A stretch of DNA of 64,000 nucleotides from Verrucomicrobiota bacterium (GTDB lineage Bacteria > Verrucomicrobiota > Verrucomicrobiia > Limisphaerales > SIBE01), in assembly GCA_016871515.1 (NCBI GenBank), contig VHDE01000006.1, positions 460 through 64,459 on the forward strand. The letters are read 5' to 3'. Shown here in pieces: positions 19,758 to 28,826 of the stretch. Made by a program: the position numbers and the translations under genes. Position 1 is the stretch's first letter. Each line of letters starts with the position of its first letter. The notes below the pieces were generated by a model that was not told the origin of the DNA, searched no databases, and saw only the letters and a list, made by a program, of their open reading frames with translations.

Positions 19758-19826
19758 TTCGCACTGCTGCTCCCTTGTAGCGATTGATAGCTTTTGTTGA
19801 ACCGCATGGGTAAAACAATCTTTTGA

Positions 19827-20582
19827 GTGATACGTCAATGCAACCAGAATGATCGTGGCGATGTCGGCCGCATGTTCGGCTTGGCCCGAGTGCTGTCGAA
19901 GCTCGGTTATTGTTCGCGAAGTCAAGCGTGGCGACTCATCAACGCGCGCCGCGTTCGAGTGAACGGAGCTGTTGAAAAGAATCCGGAACGCCGCGTGGAC
20001 AGTAGCCGGGATCGAATTGAGGTCGATGGTCAATTAATTCGGGCCGAGCGCAAAGTTTACCTGATGTTGAACAAACGGCGCGGCTTGGTGACTACAACCT
20101 CCGATGAGCAAGGCCGCGCGACAGTCTTTCGTTGTTTGGAGGGCTGTGGATTGCCTTTCGTGTCGCCGGTGGGTCGTTTGGACAAAGCGAGCGAAGGTCT
20201 GCTCTTGTTCACCAACGATACTGCTTGGGCGGCGCAAATCGCAGACCCTAAGACTCACCTCGACAAGACCTATCACGTCCAGGTGGATCGTTTGGCCGGC
20301 GAGGATTTCATACGACGACTGCAACGAGGGGCTATGGTCGAGAGCGAACCTCTTAAAGTCAAACATCTCTCCGTCCTCCGACACGGTGAGCGTAACAGTT
20401 GGCTGGAAGTGGTCCTCGACGAAGGAAAGAATCGCCAGATTCGACGATTAATGGCAGCACTCGATGTCGAAGTGCTTCGTCTCATCCGTATTTCGATTGG
20501 GCCGATAAAACTCGGTAATTTGGCCAAAGGCGGCTTCCGGCATCTTACGGAAGAAGAAGTTCGGGCATTGCGACGCGGTTAA
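19827..20582 (+). CDS. pseudouridine synthase (RsuA/RluB family) with S4 domain
   Basis: S4 region LSKLGYCSRSQAWRLINARRVRVNG. Catalytic GRLDKASEGLLLFTND. KNRQIRR. The start could be ATG 19872. Confidence 0.85.
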   Translation: MIRQCNQNDRGDVGRMFGLARVLSKLGYCSRSQAWRLINARRVRVNGAVEKNPERRVDSSRDRIEVDGQLIRAERKVYLMLNKRRGLVTTTSDEQGRATVFRCLEGCGLPFVSPVGRLDKASEGLLLFTNDTAWAAQIADPKTHLDKTYHVQVDRLAGEDFIRRLQRGAMVESEPLKVKHLSVLRHGERNSWLEVVLDEGKNRQIRRLMAALDVEVLRLIRISIGPIKLGNLAKGGFRHLTEEEVRALRRG

Positions 20583-20664
20583 CTTTGCGGCAACGCCTCG
20601 CCCAACGCCGTTTCCCGCGCAACTTTTGCCTGACAGGTGTGAAGCAAGTCGTAGAATAATCCGC

Positions 20665-22041
20665 ATGAAACTCCAACGCGATCCCCTGCCCTCTCGTCTT
20701 ATTTCTCTCCCCTCGGCACATTCCACAGGTTTCCGGCCGTCACGCCGCCATTTTCTAAAAAGTGCGGCCGCGCTGGCCGCGGCGTCGACCTTACCCAAGT
20801 GGTTTCTGGAAGAATCCGTCGTAGCAGCGACAAAACCGCTGGCGGCGAACGATCAACCGGCCATTGCTCTGGTCGGTTGCGGCGGAATGGGCCGGGGCGA
20901 CGCCAAGAACGCTTCGCGTTTCGGGAAAGTCGTTGCCCTCTGCGACGTGGATGATGGACAACTAGCCGAGGCCAAGAAACAATGGCCGGACGCCACGACG
21001 TTCAAGGACTTTCGCAAGTTAATGGAACGTGACGATATTCATGTCGTCATCTGCGGAACCGTGGATCATTGGCACACGCTGATCTCGATTGCAGCCATGC
21101 GCGCTGGCAAGGATGTGTACTGTGAAAAGCCGCTGACCTTGACGATTGACGAGGGCAAGCATTTGGTCCGAATCGCCAAGGAAACTAAGCGTGTTCTTCA
21201 GACGGGCAGTCAACAACGCAGCGATAAGAACTTCCGGATGGCCTGCGAATTAGTCCGCAATGGACGCATCGGAAAGTTAAAGCACATTTCCGTATTCCTT
21301 CCGGCAGGCCGCCGCGAGGGACCCTTTTCGAAGGCGCCCGTTCCCGAAGGATTCGATTGGGATATGTGGTTGGGCCAGACGCCAAGGGTCGATTTCGTGA
21401 AGGAACGAGCGCATGTGACGTTTCGTTACTGGTGGGAATATTCCGGCGGGACGATGACGGACTGGGGCGCGCACCATAATGACATCGCGCTCTGGAGTGT
21501 CGGTCTGGAACGAAGCGGCCCGGTCGAAATCGATGGCAAGGCCCTTGCGCAGATGATTCCGGATGGGTTCAGCGCGGTGAGTGAATATGATCTGCGCTAT
21601 ACTTACGCGAACGGCGTGATGCACAGTTGCCAAAGCACCACGGCGGACACGTGGTATGGCGCCATCGCGAAGCAAGACGGCCAGCGGAATGGCGTGAGAT
21701 TCGAAGGAATCGACGGCTGGATTTGGGTGACCCGCGGGAAGATCGAAGCGAGTAATCCGGAGTTTTTGATCCAAGCTTTGCCTTCGACTGCCGAGCGGCT
21801 CTATGTCAGCAACGATCACATGGGCAATTTCTTTGAATGCGTCCGTTCGCGAAAGCAACCGGTCTGCGAAGCGGAAATTGGCCATCGCTCGGCCACCGTT
21901 TGTCACCTGGGCGTGATCGCGATTCGCCTCGGACGAAAACTGAAGTGGGATCCAGCGAAAGAGCTATTCGTTGACGACAAAGAGGCGAACAGCTTTCTGG
22001 CTCGCGAAATGCGCAAGCCATGGAGTTACGAGACGGTTTGA
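20665..22041 (+). CDS. Gfo/Idh/MocA family oxidoreductase with Tat signal
   Basis: Start moved to ATG 20665. Twin-arginine SRRHFLKSAAALAAAST. Rossmann GCGGMGRGD. EKPL motif. Confidence 0.85.
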   Translation: MKLQRDPLPSRLISLPSAHSTGFRPSRRHFLKSAAALAAASTLPKWFLEESVVAATKPLAANDQPAIALVGCGGMGRGDAKNASRFGKVVALCDVDDGQLAEAKKQWPDATTFKDFRKLMERDDIHVVICGTVDHWHTLISIAAMRAGKDVYCEKPLTLTIDEGKHLVRIAKETKRVLQTGSQQRSDKNFRMACELVRNGRIGKLKHISVFLPAGRREGPFSKAPVPEGFDWDMWLGQTPRVDFVKERAHVTFRYWWEYSGGTMTDWGAHHNDIALWSVGLERSGPVEIDGKALAQMIPDGFSAVSEYDLRYTYANGVMHSCQSTTADTWYGAIAKQDGQRNGVRFEGIDGWIWVTRGKIEASNPEFLIQALPSTAERLYVSNDHMGNFFECVRSRKQPVCEAEIGHRSATVCHLGVIAIRLGRKLKWDPAKELFVDDKEANSFLAREMRKPWSYETV

Positions 22042-22068
22042 CGCATTTTCGCGCATTGCGTCTATGCG

Positions 22069-22140
22069 GCAGCACGGGCGTCCCGCCTGTCCTGCTTTTG
22101 GTGTACGCAGATGCTGGACAGGCGAGACGCCTGTCCTACG
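22069..22140. repeat. family A palindromic element
   Basis: ggcgtcccgcctgtcc (22077-22092) versus ggacaggcgagacgcc (22116-22131), with 1 mismatch. It generates a fake N-terminal extension MLDRRDACPT on the next ORF. Confidence 0.65.
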
Positions 22141-22152
22141 AGTAAGCAAGAT

Positions 22153-23163
22153 ATGAAGGCCGCCATCATAGACGCGGCGCATCAGATGCGTGTTGCCCAT
22201 TGGACCAAGCCGAAACCTGGACGGAATGAAGTTCTCGTCTCAGTCCGAGCGGCTGGGATTTGCGCGGGCGACATGTACATTCACCTCGGCAAGAATCCGT
22301 ATGCCACTTATCCGCAAGTCTGCGGGCACGAAGTCTGCGGTGTCGTCGAGGAGGCCGGCGGAGATGTCGTTGCGATTGCGCCGGGAGATCCAGTGGTGGT
22401 GGAGCCATTCCTAGGTTGCGGGAGATGTTATCCGTGCCGCATTGGCAAATCGAATTGTTGCGCCCTGCTTCAGATCATCGGCGTGCAGCAACCGGGAGGT
22501 TACGCGGAATATCTGAGGGCGTCGGCACGGAGCATTCATCCGGCGCCAAAAGGTCTTTCCTGGGTGTTCGCCTCATTTGCTGAGCCGGTCGCGATCGCTG
22601 TGCAAGCTTGTCGTCGCGGCGAGGTTAAGGCAGGCGAAATCGTTGTCATTCTGGGTTGCGGATCGATTGGTCTCGCATTGATCGAAGTGGCGAAGGCGCG
22701 TGGTGCGTTCCCGTTCGCCACGGATATTTCGGACACACGGCTGGCTTTTGCGGAACAGATGGGGGCGACCGTGCTGAAAGCGGATGAGACTCTATTGGCC
22801 AATGTCCTCGCGCAGACCAACAGTGAAGGCGCGCCGGTTGTGATCGAAGCGACCGGCAGCATCCGGGCGATGGAGCAAACAGTCGATCTCGTGGCGCCGG
22901 GTGGAAGGATCGTGATTGTTGGTCTTGTCAAAAAAGGCCTCGAAGTCAGATTTCCCGGGCTCGATTTTACGCGCAAGGAAATGACCATCGTGGGATCGCG
23001 CGCATCGGTGAATTGTTTCCCGGAAGCACTGGAACTGCTGGCCAGCGGCAAGATTTATTATCCGAGAGTCGCGTCGGAGTTCAGTCTTTGGGATGCACCA
23101 GAGGTTTTTGCAAAACTGGCCGCCGATCCGAGCGCGGTTCACAAGGGTGTGTTGGTGACTTGA
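22153..23163 (+). CDS. zinc-binding alcohol/polyol dehydrogenase (MDR family)
   Basis: Start moved to ATG 22153. GHEVCGVVEEAG. Structural-zinc CGRCYPCRIGKSNCC. GCGSIG Rossmann. Confidence 0.85.
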   Translation: MKAAIIDAAHQMRVAHWTKPKPGRNEVLVSVRAAGICAGDMYIHLGKNPYATYPQVCGHEVCGVVEEAGGDVVAIAPGDPVVVEPFLGCGRCYPCRIGKSNCCALLQIIGVQQPGGYAEYLRASARSIHPAPKGLSWVFASFAEPVAIAVQACRRGEVKAGEIVVILGCGSIGLALIEVAKARGAFPFATDISDTRLAFAEQMGATVLKADETLLANVLAQTNSEGAPVVIEATGSIRAMEQTVDLVAPGGRIVIVGLVKKGLEVRFPGLDFTRKEMTIVGSRASVNCFPEALELLASGKIYYPRVASEFSLWDAPEVFAKLAADPSAVHKGVLVT

Positions 23164-23200
23164 CGCGCAACTGAATTGAGCCTGAGCCCCGATGCGGAAT

Positions 23201-23283
23201 GCTCTTAATCTTAATCCTAATCCTAATTCCTTTAGTGCAAGCCTCCTTCCGATTAAGAGCAAGATTAGGATTACGGTTAAGAC
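23201..23283. repeat. inverted arrays of 6-nt tandem repeats (family I)
   Basis: gctcttaatcttaatcctaatcctaattcc ... ccgattaagagcaagattaggattacggttaagac. Confidence 0.45.
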
Positions 23284-23329
23284 TTCAGGCAGCGAAAGCT
23301 TTAAGCCTCAACTCAAGGTTTGACCGCAA

Positions 23330-24250
23330 ATGAAACTCTATACGTTTGAAACCGGAACCGAGCGGCGGTTGGGAGCGGCCTGCAACGGACAAATGATCGA
23401 TCTCGCAGCCGCGTATTCAACCATGGCGAGTGTGCGTGGCTTGAAAGCGCCGTTGTTGCCATCGGAGATGCTGGCATTCTTGCGCTTGGGCGAGCCGGCA
23501 GCACAAGCGGCGCGCGAAGCTGTTGCGTTTATGGCGAAGCGTCCCGCAGTGCCGGTTGGCCAAAAGGTCAGTTATTCGTTTGATGAGATTAAGTTGCTGG
23601 CGCCAGTGCCGCGTCCCGGAAAGATTCTCTGTTCCGGCATTAATTATCGGGGACACATGGAAGAAAATCCCGGCGCGAAAATGCCGGCCGAACCCTTCTT
23701 CTTTTCCAAGCTTCCTTCGGCGGTTATCGGGCCGAACGAACCGATCATTCATCCGCCACAGACGGCACAACTCGATTACGAGGTCGAATTTGCTGTGGTC
23801 ATCGGATGTCGCATGAAAGCAACGCCAGAGAATGAAGTCATGGCATGCGTGGCTGGCTACACGATCTTGCACGACGTGTCCGCCCGCGACGTGCAATTCA
23901 AAGACAACCAAATCACTTTAGGAAAGAACTTTGACACGTTCTGCCCGCTTGGACCTTGTGTGGTCACGACCGATGAAATGCCCAATCCCGGCAATGTTCG
24001 GTTGCGGTCGTTGCTCAATGGCAAAGTCATGCAGGACGGCTCGACCGCGGATTGGGTTTTTCCGTTGCCGGTCTTGCTGAACCGGCTTTCTCGGGTCATG
24101 ACACTTGAGCCGGGAGATGTCGTTAGCACCGGAACGCCAGCCGGTGTCGGGGTGTTTAGAAAACCGCCGCTCTTCTTGAAACCAGGCGATGTGGTTCGTT
24201 TGGAAATCGATGGGATTGGCGCGCTGGAGAACCCGGTCGTCGCGGGATAA
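23330..24250 (+). CDS. fumarylacetoacetate hydrolase (FAH) family protein
   Basis: 306 aa. C-terminal FAH-fold blocks: INYRGH, DYEVEFAVVIG, TGTPAGVG. Confidence 0.85.
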   Translation: MKLYTFETGTERRLGAACNGQMIDLAAAYSTMASVRGLKAPLLPSEMLAFLRLGEPAAQAAREAVAFMAKRPAVPVGQKVSYSFDEIKLLAPVPRPGKILCSGINYRGHMEENPGAKMPAEPFFFSKLPSAVIGPNEPIIHPPQTAQLDYEVEFAVVIGCRMKATPENEVMACVAGYTILHDVSARDVQFKDNQITLGKNFDTFCPLGPCVVTTDEMPNPGNVRLRSLLNGKVMQDGSTADWVFPLPVLLNRLSRVMTLEPGDVVSTGTPAGVGVFRKPPLFLKPGDVVRLEIDGIGALENPVVAG

Positions 24251-24353
24251 GAATCGCACACCGAAAAAGTCTCGCGAGGTTAACGTTGCGTGCTATAGTC
24301 GCGCGCGTTGGATTGGTTTGAACTGCAGATAGGAAACATTGGGAAGGAATCCT

Positions 24354-24956
24354 ATGAAACTTCGCCTCTTCGTGCTCGGCTTCGTGATGCTTGCGCTTCA
24401 TCTTGGCAACGCTCCCGCTCAACAGCCGGTCCAGGGTTAGGGTTATGCCAGCTTAGCGATTGGACCTGGCATCAGCTTAATTGCCAATCAGTGGAAGGGA
24501 GAAAGCAACAAAGTCTCCCAGCTGATGCCTGCTCCAAGCAACGGCGTTGAACTCTATAAGATCGTCAATGGGAAGTTTATCACCAATTCCGCCGCTGGAG
24601 GTATTTGGAAAAACCCGGATGAGAAATTGGAGCCGGGTGAAGGAGCGATTGTTTTCAATCCGGGCTCGCGCACATTTACAGCCAACTTCCGAGGAGAGTT
24701 GCTCCAAGGCGATTTGGTGAATCGCATCCCGGCTGGGCTATCGATCAAGGGCAGTCTCGTCCCTCAAAGCGGGCCGATCACAAGCGGGTTGCAACTGCAG
24801 CTTTCGCCATTCGACAACCTCTACCAATGGAAAACGAATCGTTACGAAGTTTACACTTACTTGCCGAATGGAACGTGGTCCCCCTCGGAACCGCTGATTC
24901 GGCTCGGAGAATCATTCATAATTCGCGCCAATCAATCTGCAACTTGGAGCCGGTGA
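24354..24956 (+). pseudogene. small secreted protein gene interrupted by an in-frame TAG
   Basis: ATG 24354 is preceded by GGAAGGA. Signal peptide MKLRLFVLGFVMLALHLGNAPAQQ. TAG at 24438-24440. The same frame stays open to 24956. Confidence 0.55.
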
Positions 24957-25005
24957 TTTAGAATCTTTCAATGAACCAACGGGCGCCAGCGCTGTTCAAC
25001 TACGT

Positions 25006-25653
25006 ATGAAAACATTGTTATGTGTCGGATTGTTCGCGGTCATAGCGGGGGTGTGGAACGCAGCGGCCCAAGGGACGGTCAACTTCGCCAATGGCGCAGC
25101 CGGTGTCAATGCGCCGGTGCAACCAATCCTCAACGGCGCACCGGTCGAAGGAGCTGGTTGGCGCGCGGAACTCCTCATTGTGAAAGCCGACGGCAGCTCG
25201 AAACTCATCGGGCAGCCAGCGACATTTGAATATGCCGAGTTAGCCGGCTATTTCTTCGGCGGTTCAGTGATTGTCCCCCGCGTTGAGCCAGGCACGACCG
25301 CGACTTTTCAAATCCGCGTTTCTGACGCGTTGGGCACAGTGGAAAGATTTTCGAACCCGGTGACGGTCACCTTAGGTGGAGTCAAAACGCCGCCGCCCAA
25401 TCTGATCGGTTTGGAAAACTGGGCTTCAAAAGCGCTGACAATGCTGCCGCAACTGGCGATCTCCATCGCTCAACAGACCGTGAGCCGTTCCTGGTCGAAA
25501 GATCTGCTCAACGCCATCCTCGAGTTTACGGAGAGCCTGGCAAAGCCCAATTGGGTTTCAGCAACCGAGGCGCCGCAAACGACCGGGGAAAAACTTACGC
25601 TCACGTTCAACATGCCTTCTTTTCAAAGGTATTACCGGTTACGGCTGCCGTAA
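25006..25653 (+). CDS. secreted hypothetical protein
   Basis: Signal MKTLLCVGLFAVIAGVWNAAAQG, followed by GTVNFANGAAGVNAPV. C-terminal ...QRYYRLRLP. An N-terminal paralogous fragment lies at 51507-51644. Confidence 0.65.
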   Translation: MKTLLCVGLFAVIAGVWNAAAQGTVNFANGAAGVNAPVQPILNGAPVEGAGWRAELLIVKADGSSKLIGQPATFEYAELAGYFFGGSVIVPRVEPGTTATFQIRVSDALGTVERFSNPVTVTLGGVKTPPPNLIGLENWASKALTMLPQLAISIAQQTVSRSWSKDLLNAILEFTESLAKPNWVSATEAPQTTGEKLTLTFNMPSFQRYYRLRLP

Positions 25654-25976
25654 GTCCTACAATCGCACAATCCAGCCGCGAACAGCGAGGTGAGATTTAC
25701 TGTCTCGAGCGATGGACCATTTTGGGTGGCCATCTTTTTGCCTCACTTTTCTGACAGCTTGGCCAAAGGCACGTCCGGCATTGCCTTTGTCAGAAAGATG
25801 CAGTCAGAAAATGCACGGGAAGGAAGTGCTGGCATAATTCTCCGAGGAAGGTTGAATGGGCACATGCCAGTTGCGTTCGCGAACTTGTCTCTTAGCCGCA
25901 CCGGTCAGGGGGCTGCTCGCAACAGAAAACGAGTTAGACCTCGCCGGCACAGGCGCGGTTACGAGTAGGAGTCCGC

Positions 25977-28301
25977 GTGCTGTTGCTCTTTGCGTTCACG
26001 TTGTTTGTCAGCGCTGCGCTGCTGTTCTGGGTCCAGCCGATGGTCGCAAAGATGCTCTTGCCGTTGCTGGGCGGCACGCCAGCCGTCTGGAATACCTGCA
26101 TGGTATTTTTTCAAGGGATGCTGCTGGCTGGATATGCCTACGCGCATCTTCTGACGACGCGCGTCAAACTGAGCGGGCAAGTTCTCATTCATCTTGGAAT
26201 AGTTCTGGTCGCGGCGGTCGTTCTGCCGATTAATATCTCGGAGCGCGCTGTTGTATCGTTGCCCGCAGAATCCGATCCGACGTTCTGGCTTTTAGGCTGC
26301 CTGTTCGTGATCGTGGGGTTGCCATTCTTTGTTGCTTCCGCTAGTGCCCCGTTGCTTCAGAAATGGTTTTCCGAAACTCGCCATGATTCCGCCAGCGATC
26401 CCTATTTTCTGTACGGGGCAAGCAATTTGGGCAGCCTCGGCGCTCTGGTCGGATATCCGTTGTTACTGGAACCTAAATTGCGATTGCAAGAACAGAGCTG
26501 GCTTTGGGCGGCCGGTTACGGAGTGTTTGGAACGCTCAGCTTGCTTTGCGTCTGGATGCGTTACCGGAATGAGGTTGGCAGGACAGGCGTCTCGCCTGTC
26601 TCGGATAGGACAGCGACAAGCGAATCGAGACAGGCGAGACGCCTGTCCTGCCAAGAACGTCTCCGTTGGGTGCTCCTGGCCTTTGTTCCATCGAGCCTGA
26701 TGTTGGGGGCAACGACTTACATTACGACCGATATTGCCAGCATTCCTCTGCTCTGGATTCTGCCGCTGGCCGTGTATTTGATTACGTTCATCGTCGCCTT
26801 TGCAAGGCGGCGGCTGATTTCGGACAGACTCATGAGACGGGCTCTGCCGATTGCTGTCGTTGGATTGATTTACCTTCTTCTTTCAGAAGCAACCGAGCCG
26901 CCTTGGCTCTTGATTCTTTTGCATTTGCTCTTTCTTTTTATCGCCGCACTGGCTTGCCATGGCCAATTGGCGACTGCCCGTCCAACAACGGAACATCTTA
27001 CAGAATTCTTCCTATGGATTTCAGTTGGCGGCGTTCTGGGCGGGATTTTCAATGCGCTGGTTGCCCCCTTTGTTTTTTCGCGTGTGGCAGAATATCCAAT
27101 AGCGGCGTTAATTGCCTGCCTGCTGTGCGGGTCCGAAAGAGGCTCCAAACGTAGAAGCCGAGGTAGCGAGGCTCTAAGTGCGTCCGAGTCTGCCGTCCGG
27201 TTTATCGGACCGCTTGGAGAAGATCAAAGCCTCGTTACCTCGGCTGCTACCTTAGGACACCGCGTGCGCATTTTCGAGCTTCTTCTTCCCTTGGGCGCAG
27301 GTGGATTTGCACTCTTGCTTGCGCATTTGGGAACTCACTTTTCTGGATGGCCTCTGCAAGCACGCCTCGCCATGATCTTTGGTCCTCCCTTGATCTTAAG
27401 CTACGCGATGGTGGACCGTCCGCTGCGGTTCACGCTGGCTCTAGGCGCTGTGATGGCTGCCAGCCTCTTCTATTCCGGAACGCATGGCCGCACTCTCCAT
27501 GCGGAGCGGAATTTCTTCGGCGTCCTGCGCGTGACCTCGGATCCCAACGGGATGTTTCACCGCTTGGTCCATGGCAATACCGTTCATGGACGGCAGTTCG
27601 TCAACGTGTCTCGTCGCTGTGAACCGTTGTCCTATTATCATCGGACCGGGCCGCTCGGCCAACTCTTCGCCATCTTCGACACTCGGACGAACAAATCGAA
27701 CATTGCCGTGATCGGACTCGGAGCCGGATCGATGGCTTCCTACGCGACTCCGCGCCAAACCTGGACATTCTATGAGATCAACCCTGCCGTAATCGCCCTT
27801 GCGAGGAACACCAATTACTTCAGCTTTCTGACAGATTGTCTGTCCGCAAAAGCCGAAATGATCGTGGGTGATGCGCGGCTCAGATTGCGCCATGCAGCCA
27901 ATCAATCGTACGACCTCTTAGTCGTCGATGCCTTCAGCTCCGACGCCATTCCAATGCATTTGATCACGCGCGAGGCACTGGACCTTTACTTGTCAAAGCT
28001 GGCGGACGGCGGGCTGCTGGCTTTTCATATCTCGAACCGCAATTTGAATCTCGAGCCGGTCCTTGGCGCGTTAGCCAAAAATGCGCGGTTGGTCTGTTAC
28101 GCTAACGACGAGAACGAGCCTTCGGTCGAAGAGCAGGCGGATGGCAAGGATCAGTCGCATTGGATCATCATGGCGCGACGCCGCGAAAACCTCGGCAAGC
28201 TGGTCAGAGACTCACGCTGGATACCAGTCTCGGTCGCGAAAGACGCCAAGATTTGGACCGACGATTTCTCCGACATCGTCAGCGTTTTCAAATGGGAGTG
28301 A
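25977..28301 (+). CDS. fused polytopic membrane domain / spermidine-synthase-like methyltransferase-fold protein
   Basis: GTG start, 774 aa. The N-terminal ~480 aa are multi-TM. The C-terminal part has VIGLGAGSMASY ... DLLVVDAFSSDAIPMHL (aminopropyltransferase-like). Confidence 0.8.
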   Translation: MLLLFAFTLFVSAALLFWVQPMVAKMLLPLLGGTPAVWNTCMVFFQGMLLAGYAYAHLLTTRVKLSGQVLIHLGIVLVAAVVLPINISERAVVSLPAESDPTFWLLGCLFVIVGLPFFVASASAPLLQKWFSETRHDSASDPYFLYGASNLGSLGALVGYPLLLEPKLRLQEQSWLWAAGYGVFGTLSLLCVWMRYRNEVGRTGVSPVSDRTATSESRQARRLSCQERLRWVLLAFVPSSLMLGATTYITTDIASIPLLWILPLAVYLITFIVAFARRRLISDRLMRRALPIAVVGLIYLLLSEATEPPWLLILLHLLFLFIAALACHGQLATARPTTEHLTEFFLWISVGGVLGGIFNALVAPFVFSRVAEYPIAALIACLLCGSERGSKRRSRGSEALSASESAVRFIGPLGEDQSLVTSAATLGHRVRIFELLLPLGAGGFALLLAHLGTHFSGWPLQARLAMIFGPPLILSYAMVDRPLRFTLALGAVMAASLFYSGTHGRTLHAERNFFGVLRVTSDPNGMFHRLVHGNTVHGRQFVNVSRRCEPLSYYHRTGPLGQLFAIFDTRTNKSNIAVIGLGAGSMASYATPRQTWTFYEINPAVIALARNTNYFSFLTDCLSAKAEMIVGDARLRLRHAANQSYDLLVVDAFSSDAIPMHLITREALDLYLSKLADGGLLAFHISNRNLNLEPVLGALAKNARLVCYANDENEPSVEEQADGKDQSHWIIMARRRENLGKLVRDSRWIPVSVAKDAKIWTDDFSDIVSVFKWE
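26577..26652. repeat. family A element embedded in-frame in CDS 25977-28301
   Basis: Perfect 27-nt inverted repeats ggcaggacaggcgtctcgcctgtctcg / cgagacaggcgagacgcctgtcctgcc around a 22-nt spacer. Encodes GRTGVSPVSDRTATSESRQARRLSC. Confidence 0.7.
27157..27246. repeat. second inverted repeat inside the same CDS
   Basis: agccgaggtagcgaggct (27157-27174) versus agcctcgttacctcggct (27229-27246): 18-nt arms with 1 mismatch. Spacer is 54 nt. Confidence 0.5.
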
Positions 28302-28311
28302 TTCTGCTATT

Positions 28312-28626
28312 GTGCTTGAGCCGGTGAAAACACTGCACGATCTGGTCGCCGATAAAATCGAGCGTGATCCATCGCTGCTGAAGATTCCGTTAGAGAACAT
28401 CGACCGTTGGCTCGCGAATGGCTATACCGCGCCGCATCGGCTCGAACAATGGCGGCAGATTATCAAGCGGGCGCAAGAGTCATCCGATGGATTTCAGGAG
28501 TTGTTGAGGTTACTCCGGGATAAGACTGAGGAAGCCCTGCGACTCCGAGGTTTCGCGCCCTTTGCGGGTATCCTGACCACGGTCGAACGTTGTGGAACAA
28601 GGCCCGAGTGCGCCTATCATTTTTAA
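28312..28626 (+). CDS. hypothetical protein (about 104 aa)
   Basis: GTG 28312, 11 nt after the upstream stop. The protein-like, helix-rich part of ORF 28081-28626 starts here. The upstream part of that ORF is an alternate frame of the real CDS. Confidence 0.35.
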   Translation: MLEPVKTLHDLVADKIERDPSLLKIPLENIDRWLANGYTAPHRLEQWRQIIKRAQESSDGFQELLRLLRDKTEEALRLRGFAPFAGILTTVERCGTRPECAYHF

Positions 28627-28826
28627 GACAGTGAACAGGCGACCCAGACACACTGGCGCATAGGCTTATAGTGTCTCCGGCAAAAGCTTTAAACCAAGTC
28701 CAGCAGCAAGCGATCTGGTCCGTGGCGGTTTCCCCGTTTGCGTCCGAAATGGACCACGGCGCTCTTGATTGAGTGACCAGACGATTTCTTCATGAGGCCC
28801 AAATCTGTTAAAGCGACTGCGAACTG

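Noticed and set aside
28081-28626. 181-aa ORF overlapping the 3' end of CDS 25977-28301.
   Set aside because: The first ~75 aa are Arg/Ser-rich off-frame translation of the real gene. Only the part after the upstream stop (from GTG 28312) looks protein-like, and that part is kept as a low-confidence CDS.
28690-28795. 34-aa minus-strand ORF MKKSSGHSIKSAVVHFGRKRGNRHGPDRLLLDLV, possibly forming a toxin-antitoxin pair with 28312-28626.
   Set aside because: It is too short, no family motif is recognised, and the two ORFs are convergent rather than operonic.
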